This document shows positions 1 to 7,955 of a stretch of 64,000 bases of DNA, piece after piece. The notes beneath the pieces were generated by a model. The model searched no databases and was not told the DNA's origin. It saw nothing but the letters and a program-made list of their open reading frames with translations. The number at the start of each line of letters is the position of its first letter. Positions within the stretch are counted from its first letter, which is position 1. The stretch is from an uncultured virus (IMG/VR IMGVR_UViG_3300046524_000574) (Duplodnaviria > Heunggongvirae > Uroviricota > Caudoviricetes), in IMG/VR virus record IMGVR_UViG_3300046524_000574. One strand, given 5' to 3'. The position numbers and the translations under genes were made by a program.

Positions 1-2
1 AG

Positions 3-608
3 GAAATCTGGAATCAGGACAAATCGGCGTTCCACCTCCTGCTGACGATGCACGATGGTGAACAAGGCGAATTCACGTTTGTGCGCAAAATCACGACGGA
101 CGACCTGAACCGGTTGGCGGGCCTCTATGCGCCAGTCGAGCCGCAGAAGCCGGCACCGGAGATGACCGCAAAGGCAGCGCCAGCGCAGGATGAGGAGCCA
201 CGTCCGCCGCCGATACAACCGTCCGAGGACGCCGCAGCCGAAGTTCCTCCTGTCATCCAGCCGGTAGCCGCCGTCATCCAGCCGGTGGCCGCCGTCACAC
301 AGCCGGTGGCGCCCGTCGCTGCCGTCGTGCCGAGTTTCGACTGCGCCAAAGCCTCGAGCAACGTCGAGCATATGATTTGTGCCTCACCGCGGCTCGCCAC
401 GCTCGACCAACTCCTGGCGGAGGCCTATGAGCAATTGCGCAGCAACAGCGACAATGCGAGCGGACTGAAAGCAGACCAGATAGCCTGGCGCCAGAAAGAA
501 CGCGACGTCTGTACGACCGGCGAGTGCATTGAATCAGCCTACCTGACACGAACTGAAGACCTTGAGGCACGCAGTGCCAATCAGGCCAAGGCGTCCGCCG
601 CGAACTAG
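3..608 (+). CDS. 5'-truncated protein with Pro/Ala-rich linker and C-terminal LprI-like (lysozyme inhibitor-type) domain
   Basis: Frame is open from the window edge; C-terminal PSFDCAKAS..EHMIC....L..LD..L..AY...Q.AW...RD.C....C...Y..R pattern is typical of LprI-like domains. Confidence 0.7.
   Translation, partial: EIWNQDKSAFHLLLTMHDGEQGEFTFVRKITTDDLNRLAGLYAPVEPQKPAPEMTAKAAPAQDEEPRPPPIQPSEDAAAEVPPVIQPVAAVIQPVAAVTQPVAPVAAVVPSFDCAKASSNVEHMICASPRLATLDQLLAEAYEQLRSNSDNASGLKADQIAWRQKERDVCTTGECIESAYLTRTEDLEARSANQAKASAAN
252..314 (+). repeat. Three imperfect 21-bp tandem repeats encoding VIQPVAA/VIQPVAA/VTQPVAP
   Basis: gtcatccagccggtagccgcc / gtcatccagccggtggccgcc / gtcacacagccggtggcgccc. Confidence 0.85.
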
Positions 609-630
609 CAGGTTTAGCTAACGCGTACTG

Positions 631-655
631 AGGCTCGCCGGAGGCGGGCCTTTTT
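631..655 (+). terminator. Intrinsic terminator
   Basis: aggctcgcc-gga-ggcgggcct stem followed by a T run. Confidence 0.7.
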
Positions 656-715
656 CATTTGGCGCTGATGGTTTGGCCATGAGCAGCCGCCATCGTCCAC
701 ACCCGCTTTTTTTTC

Positions 716-721
716 CTATAC
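716..721 (+). promoter_or_regulatory. CTATAC motif upstream of adhesin paralog 1
   Basis: 28 nt before ATG 750; same motif and spacing before six other paralogs. Confidence 0.6.
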
Positions 722-749
722 AGGAGATTCGCACCTCAGCACACGGACT

Positions 750-2081
750 ATGCGCAAGACCCTTATCGCCGCCGTACTGGCGCTCACCAGTTTCTCCGCC
801 ATCGCCTCGGACTATTTTGTTGTGGTCCCTGTACCCAATCGCGCGGCGACGGTGGGTAACATCGTCGTTGCCCTCGCTGGCTACACCCTTCCGACGGGGT
901 TGGTAGGGCGGGCGTATGCGGGCTTCGACTTCAACAGTGTCCTGCAGGTCAAAGGCGACCCGGGCTTTAATGCGGATGGAGTGCAGTGGGCGCTTGCAAG
1001 CGGCGCGCTGCCGGCGGGGCTTACGTTCGGCGCGGATGGCAAGATAAGCGGCACGCCTACCGCGGCCGCGACCTCGGGCTTCCAGGTCAAGGCGTCGTAC
1101 CGAACCAAGTCAGGTGCGCAGGCCTACCAGGTCATCGTGGGCGAAGTCAGCGTGAGTCTCGCAGCCGCGACGCTGCCCGCTTTGACCGCCGGCACGGCGA
1201 TGGCGTACGACCTAAATACCAGCCTCACGGTCACAGGAGACACGGCGTTCAGCCGCGCAGACGTCGTCTGGAGCGCAACGAATCCGCTTCCCTTAGGTCT
1301 GGCGCTGGGCGCAGACGGCCGCATCACCGGGACGCCGACGGCAGTCGGTCCCGCGGCGGTCGACGTGACCGCAAGCTACCTGAACAAGACATCGGCGCCG
1401 GCTACCTACAACATGTCGGTGTCGGCAAACATCAGTGACCAGGGCGGGTTTCGAGGCTGGTCCGACGGCACCTACGCCACGAGCTGCAAGGGCTACCGGA
1501 CTCCGGCGCAGAACTACCTGTATTCCGGCTCGACCGGTGACGGGGTCTACCGAATCAAGGCTGATACAGCCGCGTATGACGTCCTGTGCGATATGACAAC
1601 GGACGGCGGAGGCTGGACGTTAGCCGCAAAGAACAGTGCAACAGGAGGCGCACTACGCCCGGCCTTCCTGGCCAATACTGGAAGCTTGCTGGGGTCGCTC
1701 ACAAGCCTGTCTGCGGGCGGCGCAAGGTTGCCCACTTCAGTCATCAATTCGATGTTCCAGAACGGCGGAGGGATTGCGCTCTACAAGGTTGGCGGCGCGC
1801 CGTACGCCTACTACAAGCGCCTAACGAGCCCCACGAGCTACGATTTTGCTTCCGCCTTCTTCACCTGGAGCGACGTCAACGCCGGCACGCTCAACGCCAA
1901 TTTCGCGCTTTACAGCTCGTTCGCGGCGCTGCAGAGCAATTCCGGCGCGTGGGCGTTTTGCAACTACGATGTCAATGTCGGATTCCCGCGCGATTGCGGA
2001 CCAAGCGGCAGCACGCCCTGGCAGTGGCTCGATTACGACGGTACCTTGCCGAGCGTAAACGGGTCACTCTGGCTCCGATAA
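750..2081 (+). CDS. Secreted Ig-like (He_PIG) repeat protein with fibrinogen-like hinge and variable tip, paralog 1 (2 stalk modules)
   Basis: Signal peptide, SDYFVVVPVPNR, GALPAGL..GADG.ISGTPT modules, DVLCDMTTDGGGWT, ends SLWLR. Confidence 0.85.
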   Translation: MRKTLIAAVLALTSFSAIASDYFVVVPVPNRAATVGNIVVALAGYTLPTGLVGRAYAGFDFNSVLQVKGDPGFNADGVQWALASGALPAGLTFGADGKISGTPTAAATSGFQVKASYRTKSGAQAYQVIVGEVSVSLAAATLPALTAGTAMAYDLNTSLTVTGDTAFSRADVVWSATNPLPLGLALGADGRITGTPTAVGPAAVDVTASYLNKTSAPATYNMSVSANISDQGGFRGWSDGTYATSCKGYRTPAQNYLYSGSTGDGVYRIKADTAAYDVLCDMTTDGGGWTLAAKNSATGGALRPAFLANTGSLLGSLTSLSAGGARLPTSVINSMFQNGGGIALYKVGGAPYAYYKRLTSPTSYDFASAFFTWSDVNAGTLNANFALYSSFAALQSNSGAWAFCNYDVNVGFPRDCGPSGSTPWQWLDYDGTLPSVNGSLWLR

Positions 2082-2105
2082 GCGACGCGCCGACGGCCAA
2101 CCTTC

Positions 2106-2139
2106 AACGCTCGACCTGTCGTCGGGCGTTTTGCTTTTC
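2106..2139 (+). terminator. Intrinsic terminator after paralog 1
   Basis: aacgctcgac-ctgtc-gtcgggcgtt plus T-rich tail. Confidence 0.6.
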
Positions 2140-2276
2140 TGACGTGCGGTGCGGCGCAGCCCCAATCCGTGTCAGTTGCCAAAAAAGCCAATAAACGATA
2201 TACTAAATTCAAGTTAAAAACCACCACAGAGCCTGCGGCCGGACGTGCATTGGCTCGCTAACTTGAAAAAGGACAC

Positions 2277-3110
2277 ATGAGCTCCTCGTCGACCTCCACC
2301 AATTCGAGCAGCAGCAAGCCCGTCTCGCCCACACGCATCGTGCAGTCTTTTCTGGGTGTTCTAATTTCGGTGCTGCTACTGACGCTGGTGCTGGGTCAGC
2401 TCAAATTGCCGCAAATCGGGTCGACGCTGTGGGAATTGGCCATTTACGGCATCGTGACCGGTTTTGAAGGGTTGGGCGTAGTGATTCCCGCTCTCGGCGA
2501 CGCAACTGCCTCGCACTACACGGTGTTGACCGGAGCGGTCGGTGTGTTCTGGCTGACCCACATCTACCTGCGCGTGAGCAAGACGGGGCACTACCGCGTG
2601 CGACCATTGGTCGACGCCCCCATGTTTTTGATGACGGCCTGGCTCCTCGTTATCTACTTCTCGTATTTCGAAAAAACACTGCCGCTCGACGCGACTTTCT
2701 TCTCCCGTGTTGCGCTTTATTGCGCCATCTCGCCGGTGGTGTTCAGTCTGACAGTGTCGCTGGGTTACCTCTCGAAGGTAGCCCAAGCAAAGCACGAGAA
2801 GGAAATGGAAGAGCCCTGGGTGATACTTTTCCTCATTTCACTGGTGCTCACCGTCGTTTGCGGAGTCGTCACCGGCTTTCGGGGCAGTGACTCGACGGTG
2901 CCGTTCTTGAGCTATCAGCTAACAAATGCGGTGCTCCACCTTCTGGCCAACATTGGTGGTTTCACGATGGGCGTATGGTTCCTTGATGGGGCTGACACGC
3001 CCGTACCGGAGAAAAAGGACCAACCCGGGGACGCGGCCGCAGTAGCAACTGAACCTGAGCAGCCCGCCCAACCGGCACCTGCTGGGGACTCGCGCGCGGA
3101 GAAACGCTAG
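2277..3110 (+). CDS. Multi-pass membrane protein, unknown function
   Basis: About 6-7 hydrophobic segments; AGGA RBS before ATG. Confidence 0.7.
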   Translation: MSSSSTSTNSSSSKPVSPTRIVQSFLGVLISVLLLTLVLGQLKLPQIGSTLWELAIYGIVTGFEGLGVVIPALGDATASHYTVLTGAVGVFWLTHIYLRVSKTGHYRVRPLVDAPMFLMTAWLLVIYFSYFEKTLPLDATFFSRVALYCAISPVVFSLTVSLGYLSKVAQAKHEKEMEEPWVILFLISLVLTVVCGVVTGFRGSDSTVPFLSYQLTNAVLHLLANIGGFTMGVWFLDGADTPVPEKKDQPGDAAAVATEPEQPAQPAPAGDSRAEKR

Positions 3111-3161
3111 GCGACGGGGATTTTCGGTCTATACCAAGAATCCCTTATGGCTCAATACCTC

Positions 3162-4997
3162 ATGTTCAAGAAAACGCTCCTTGCCTTGGCTGTGCTCTCG
3201 ACCAGCCTGCCTGCGTTCGCGAGCGACTACTACGTTGTCGTGCCTGTGCCGAATCGTTCGGCAACGTCAGGCAATATTCTCGTGACGTTGAGCGCCGTCG
3301 CCCCGCCTCAAGGCTTGGTCGGGGACGTCTACGCAGGATTTGATTTCAACACCGCGCTGCAGGTACTTGGGGACCCTGGCTTTGACGCCAGCAGCGTTCG
3401 CTGGTCGGTTACCGGCGGCGCGCTTCCCGCAGGACTTTCGCTCGGCGCGGACGGCAGGCTGACCGGCACGCTGACGGCAGCCGGCGCGTCCAATTTCCAG
3501 GTTATGGCTGCCTACAAAACCAAGGCTGGGCAGCAAACCTACACGGTCACCGTGAACAATCTTGTCATCGCGCTGGCGACCGCGAACTTGCCCAGCGGCG
3601 AACAGGGCGCGGCCTACTTTTTTGACCTGAAGCCGCGGCTCTCGGTCACCGGCGACCCGGCATACAGCCCCGCGCGCGTGAGCTGGAGCCTGGTGTCGGG
3701 CAGTCTGCCGGAGGGCTTGAATCTGAGCGCTGACGGCGTCATCTCCGGTACGCCGAGCGCAGAGAACACCGGCGCGCCGTTCGCGATTCAGGCTGCATAC
3801 AAAAACCGGAACGGCCAGGAGACCTATTCTGTCGTGGTGAGCGCCATCATCGTCAGTCTCGCAAACGCCACACCACCCACGGGCATCGTCGGCCAGACCT
3901 ATTCAGGGTTCGACCTGAAGCCATCGCTCACCGTGACGGGCGACGCAGCCTATCAGCCGGGCGCCGGCGTTTCGTGGTCCGTCGATAGCGGTACGCTGCC
4001 GGCCGGGCTCGCACTCGACGCCAATACGGGTGTCGTCGCCGGGTCACCGACCACGCCGAGCAGCACATCTGTCACGGTCAAGGCGACCTACAAGAGCAAG
4101 TCGGACAGCAAGGTCTACGCTTTTCCTGTTGTGGCCCAGTTGCAGCAGCAGTCCGGTTACCGCGCGTGGTCCGACGGCACGTATGCATCGAGCTGCAAGG
4201 GCTATCGCACACCGACCGACAGCAACTATCGCTACCAGGGAGCGACCGGGGACGGCACCTATCGCGTCAAGCCGGGCAGCTCGACGGTCGACGTCTATTG
4301 CGACCAGACAACGGACGGCGGCGGCTGGACACTGGTGCTTAAGTCGGATTTCAACGGCATGCGCTCGGACGTTATGGGTAAGGGCACCGCGGGTGTTTGT
4401 ACTCAGTTGACCGATGGCTGCCTGACGTCGGGCACGAGCGCTTTTTATCGTGGCACGGCGGTGCAGGCGACCATTCGCGATTACATGTTCCTGCAAAGCG
4501 CGAGTGGCCTGAACAATCTCTACGGCAACGTCATCCTGCTGGAAGCGGCAGGCAACTACATTCGCGGACCGGTTACAGCGCCTGGCACACAGCTCTTTGA
4601 CCTGATGACCGACACGACCGAGGGATGGGCGAGCCCGCTGAATCACAGTACGGACCCGAGCGACCAGAACTTGTACCGCTTCGGAAGCGCAGATGGGACG
4701 ACCATCTGGTCCGACGGCAACTGGCATGGTTGCGGAAGCAACTGGCCTATGGGCGTCAACGTCTCCGGTTGCGGGAGCTATCCGTATCAGGTGGGCGCGC
4801 AGGTGCTAACGCCGAGCAGCAACAATTGGGGTAACCACATGTACATGGGACCGCCGACGTATGACTCGTCTACCGCGCTGTATACGCTGCAGCCTTGGAC
4901 TTACTGGAATGTCGCACCCGAGCAGGCGTTCGGCAGCAACCGGACCATCGGTAAGGCGGCGCTCGAAGCCTGGCGCTGGGCAGCATTCGTGCGCTGA
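3162..4997 (+). CDS. He_PIG repeat / fibrinogen-hinge variable-tip protein, paralog 2 (3 modules)
   Basis: MFKKTLLALA signal peptide (ATG 3147 is an alternative start), SDYYVVVPVPNR, VYCDQTTDGGGWT, ends AAFVR; CTATAC at 3129-3134. Confidence 0.85.
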   Translation: MFKKTLLALAVLSTSLPAFASDYYVVVPVPNRSATSGNILVTLSAVAPPQGLVGDVYAGFDFNTALQVLGDPGFDASSVRWSVTGGALPAGLSLGADGRLTGTLTAAGASNFQVMAAYKTKAGQQTYTVTVNNLVIALATANLPSGEQGAAYFFDLKPRLSVTGDPAYSPARVSWSLVSGSLPEGLNLSADGVISGTPSAENTGAPFAIQAAYKNRNGQETYSVVVSAIIVSLANATPPTGIVGQTYSGFDLKPSLTVTGDAAYQPGAGVSWSVDSGTLPAGLALDANTGVVAGSPTTPSSTSVTVKATYKSKSDSKVYAFPVVAQLQQQSGYRAWSDGTYASSCKGYRTPTDSNYRYQGATGDGTYRVKPGSSTVDVYCDQTTDGGGWTLVLKSDFNGMRSDVMGKGTAGVCTQLTDGCLTSGTSAFYRGTAVQATIRDYMFLQSASGLNNLYGNVILLEAAGNYIRGPVTAPGTQLFDLMTDTTEGWASPLNHSTDPSDQNLYRFGSADGTTIWSDGNWHGCGSNWPMGVNVSGCGSYPYQVGAQVLTPSSNNWGNHMYMGPPTYDSSTALYTLQPWTYWNVAPEQAFGSNRTIGKAALEAWRWAAFVR

Positions 4998-5025
4998 GCC
5001 GGTAACGCAAATTTCGGCGCAAAAG

Positions 5026-5047
5026 AGGAGGCTAAGCCTCCTTTGTT
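5026..5047 (+). terminator. Intrinsic terminator (GGAGGC-taa-GCCTCC)
   Basis: Stem-loop with T-rich tail after paralog 2. Confidence 0.6.
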
Positions 5048-5171
5048 CGCTTTTTCCCAGGGAAATTATCGCTGCGAAACCCCGAATGGACAGAGGCCCG
5101 CAAGGCTCGACTCTCGGAGCGGGTGCGGTATGATTTGCGCTGTCTCTCGCAGTATCCGCTCAGGAGCTGAC

Positions 5172-5969
5172 ATGCCGCGCGCTACATCCCCTTCTTCGGC
5201 AGCGCAGGACCCAGAAAGAGAGCGACTGCTGAAGGCAGGCCTCGCAGTCCTGCCGGCGTATGTCGCCGGATTTTCCGTTGCCATTCAATCAAACCAGCCG
5301 GTGGCGCTTGGTGATTTCAGGCGTCGTGTGGGTGAGCTGGTCGAGCTCGCGAATCATGCTGCGACCCATATGGCTGGGTCCGACGAAGCGCATAACCTCC
5401 TCAAGCGGGCGAGCGAGTTGAGAGCCCTGAAGAGCTGGAATCCAAAATTGCCGGTCGACGCCGGCCTCGCGAATCTCGTCTCGCATCGCATTGGGGAGCC
5501 GCTCTACCGTCGAACTACGCCCGCGGGCAAGCCGTATCCGGTGCCCGAGCTCATGGGGCAGGCTGACCTGTCTTTGACCATCTGGGTTCCAGCTGAGGTC
5601 AGCCTGGACTTTGATGAAGAGCCAGTTAAAAGCAATCGACCATATCATCTAATGGACGAGTCCGAACCGCTGTGGCGCATCTCCGAGAAGCTCAAAAAAC
5701 CTGAATACGTCGTCAAAGGGCTCGAGTCTATCTACCGGTACGTTGTTGCTCCGCGCTCAATGGGCCTGCTCAAAACGTTCCGACAGCTGGAACAGCTCCG
5801 AACATGGGCCGAAGAAAACGCGGTCGTAGCCCACCCCAACTGGCCTGAAGCTACTGAGCGGCCGCACCTCGCAAACGAACGGTTTGGCGTATTGACGGAT
5901 GACGATGAAATCCGGAAAGAAGCTCGCTCCCTGTCTTTCCGGGTGCTTTTCGTCGAGTCGAGCACCTGA
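5172..5969 (+). CDS. Hypothetical protein
   Basis: ATG at 5172 preceded by AGGAG; long ORF, no recognisable motif. Confidence 0.6.
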   Translation: MPRATSPSSAAQDPERERLLKAGLAVLPAYVAGFSVAIQSNQPVALGDFRRRVGELVELANHAATHMAGSDEAHNLLKRASELRALKSWNPKLPVDAGLANLVSHRIGEPLYRRTTPAGKPYPVPELMGQADLSLTIWVPAEVSLDFDEEPVKSNRPYHLMDESEPLWRISEKLKKPEYVVKGLESIYRYVVAPRSMGLLKTFRQLEQLRTWAEENAVVAHPNWPEATERPHLANERFGVLTDDDEIRKEARSLSFRVLFVESST

Positions 5970-6094
5970 CGGCGAGCAACAAGAGCTGAAAATCCGCGCC
6001 CCGCACGTCCGGGGTCAAGGATGGTCTAAGGTACGCATAGACAAAAAGCATATATAATGCTATACCAAAGACTGCCCTAACCGTTTACCCCGCG

Positions 6095-7828
6095 ATGAAG
6101 AAAACCATTATCGCCGCCTTGCTGGCGGCGAGCAGCATGTCTGCGCTTGCGTCCGACTATTTCGTCGTAGTGCCGGTGCCAAACCGCTCGGCGACCGCCG
6201 GCAACATCCTGGTAACGCTCAACGGCTACTCGTTGCCGGCGGGCGTTATCGGCCGTGCGTACGCCGGATTCGATTTCAATTCCGTGCTTCAGGTGCTCGG
6301 AGACCCTGGTTACAGCGCGAGCAGCGTACGCTGGTCGGTGGTAGCTGGCGCGCTGCCCGCAGGTCTGACCCTGGGTGCTGACGGCAAGCTTACCGGTTTT
6401 CCGACTGCGGCTGCAACCTCGAGCTTCCAGGTGATGGCGGCGTACAAGACGAAGGCTGGAGAGCAGGCCTATCAGGTCCTCGTCAGCGACGTCAGCATTG
6501 TCCTGGCAGCCGATTCCGCGATGCCGGCCGGCGTGCAGGGTGCGCAATACAGCTATGACCTGAAGTCCCGTCTGAATGTGACGGGGGATGCGCAATACAC
6601 GCCGGCGCAGGTTTCCTGGACGGTCGCGAGCGGCGCGCTTCCTTCCGGGCTGCAGCTCAACGCAAATGGCACGATTACGGGCGTACCCGACGCGGAAGGG
6701 ACCTCTCCGTTCAACATCAAGGCGAGCTACCTGTCGAAGACGGGTCAGCAGAGCTATCAGGTCATCGTGGGCGCCATCTCGGTCAGCCTGAAGAGTGCTG
6801 CGCTCCCGTCCTTGACGGCGGGCACGGCGCTTACCTATGACCTTAAGCAGAACCTGACCATTTCGGGAGACGCGGCCTACGTAGGCGACGGCGCGAACGT
6901 GAACTGGAATCTCAGTGGCTCGCTGCCCGCCGGGCTGTCGCTGGGCTCTGACGGCCGCATCTCCGGCACGCCGACGGCAGTGGGCTCCTCGAGCATCACG
7001 GTGACGGCGGGATACAAGGCAAAATCCTCCCCGCCGGCGACCTACAGCATGTCGGTGACGGCCAACCTCAAGGACAACGGCGGCTTTCGGACCTGGTCCG
7101 ACGGCACATACGCGGCCAGCTGTCAGGGCTATCTGTCGCCCACCGCGCCGTATTTCTATACGGGAGCCACTGGCAACGGCGTCTATCGCATCAAGCCTTC
7201 GGGCACGCCGATGGATGTCTACTGCGACATGGTCAACGATGGCGGTGGCTGGATTCTGCTCATGAAGCAGGCCGCAGGTGACGGCGCAACGCTGCAGGGA
7301 GATGCCACCTACTGGACGAACGGCACGCCGCTGAATGACACCGTCTCGAACCTGAACATGAACAACGGCAATCTCGTGTCGGTGGCGTTTGCGGCCTTTC
7401 CGACGAGTCAGCTCAAGCTTCAGGCCAGCAACGAAACCACGACGCAAAAGCATACGAATACGAGTTCGATGACGGCTCAGGCGGCATTCAGCAACACACA
7501 CCTAACCAAATTCTCCGACCCTGTGAACGTCTATTTCCCGTCGGCGCCGAACTGGTTCGTTCACACCACGACTTATCCGACTGGCGCACCGCTGTCGTCG
7601 GCGCGCTTCGGATTCAACTTCAGCGAGACCTGGACTGCGGGAGACCCGACGGGAGTCCGATGCGCGGCGCGTTGGGGCTGGGCAGGCAACCAGGACACGA
7701 CGACGTCTGACGGCAGTCACGATGTCTGTGGTGGTCTCGGCGGCTGGGGCGTGGCCTACGGTTCCGAGTTCATGAACAACAACAAAGGCGCCTGGAATCC
7801 GGCGACGCTTTACCTCTGGGGCAAGTGA
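6095..7828 (+). CDS. He_PIG repeat / fibrinogen-hinge variable-tip protein, paralog 3 (3 modules)
   Basis: Signal peptide, SDYFVVVPVPNR, VYCDMVNDGGGW, ends YLWGK; CTATAC at 6060-6065. Confidence 0.85.
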   Translation: MKKTIIAALLAASSMSALASDYFVVVPVPNRSATAGNILVTLNGYSLPAGVIGRAYAGFDFNSVLQVLGDPGYSASSVRWSVVAGALPAGLTLGADGKLTGFPTAAATSSFQVMAAYKTKAGEQAYQVLVSDVSIVLAADSAMPAGVQGAQYSYDLKSRLNVTGDAQYTPAQVSWTVASGALPSGLQLNANGTITGVPDAEGTSPFNIKASYLSKTGQQSYQVIVGAISVSLKSAALPSLTAGTALTYDLKQNLTISGDAAYVGDGANVNWNLSGSLPAGLSLGSDGRISGTPTAVGSSSITVTAGYKAKSSPPATYSMSVTANLKDNGGFRTWSDGTYAASCQGYLSPTAPYFYTGATGNGVYRIKPSGTPMDVYCDMVNDGGGWILLMKQAAGDGATLQGDATYWTNGTPLNDTVSNLNMNNGNLVSVAFAAFPTSQLKLQASNETTTQKHTNTSSMTAQAAFSNTHLTKFSDPVNVYFPSAPNWFVHTTTYPTGAPLSSARFGFNFSETWTAGDPTGVRCAARWGWAGNQDTTTSDGSHDVCGGLGGWGVAYGSEFMNNNKGAWNPATLYLWGK

Positions 7829-7854
7829 GCGGGGGAGCTGCCAGAGCTAGATGC

Positions 7855-7877
7855 AAGGAGGCTTCGGCCTCCTTTTT
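7855..7877 (+). terminator. Intrinsic terminator (GGAGGC-ttcg-GCCTCC)
   Basis: aaggaggc-ttcg-gcctcctt plus T run. Confidence 0.8.
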
Positions 7878-7955
7878 GCGCGGTTCGAGAGACAATCGAC
7901 TCGACCAAATTGTAATATTACGCTATACCACGAAACATCCTTTGCTTCCCCTGCC

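Noticed and set aside
252..314. CRISPR-like repeat
   Set aside because: Contiguous in-frame 21-bp coding repeats with no spacers; no cas genes in the window.
6077..7501. Long antisense ORFs (also 10180-11298, 54624-55886, 56542-57921, 61288-62616, 16931-17830)
   Set aside because: They mirror well-supported genes on the other strand, are Arg-rich and motif-free, as expected from GC-rich codon bias.
7851..7955. N-terminal extension of paralog 4 (and of paralog 9 at 56101-56193)
   Set aside because: The extensions run through terminator or promoter sequence; the downstream ATG aligns with the signal peptides of the other paralogs.
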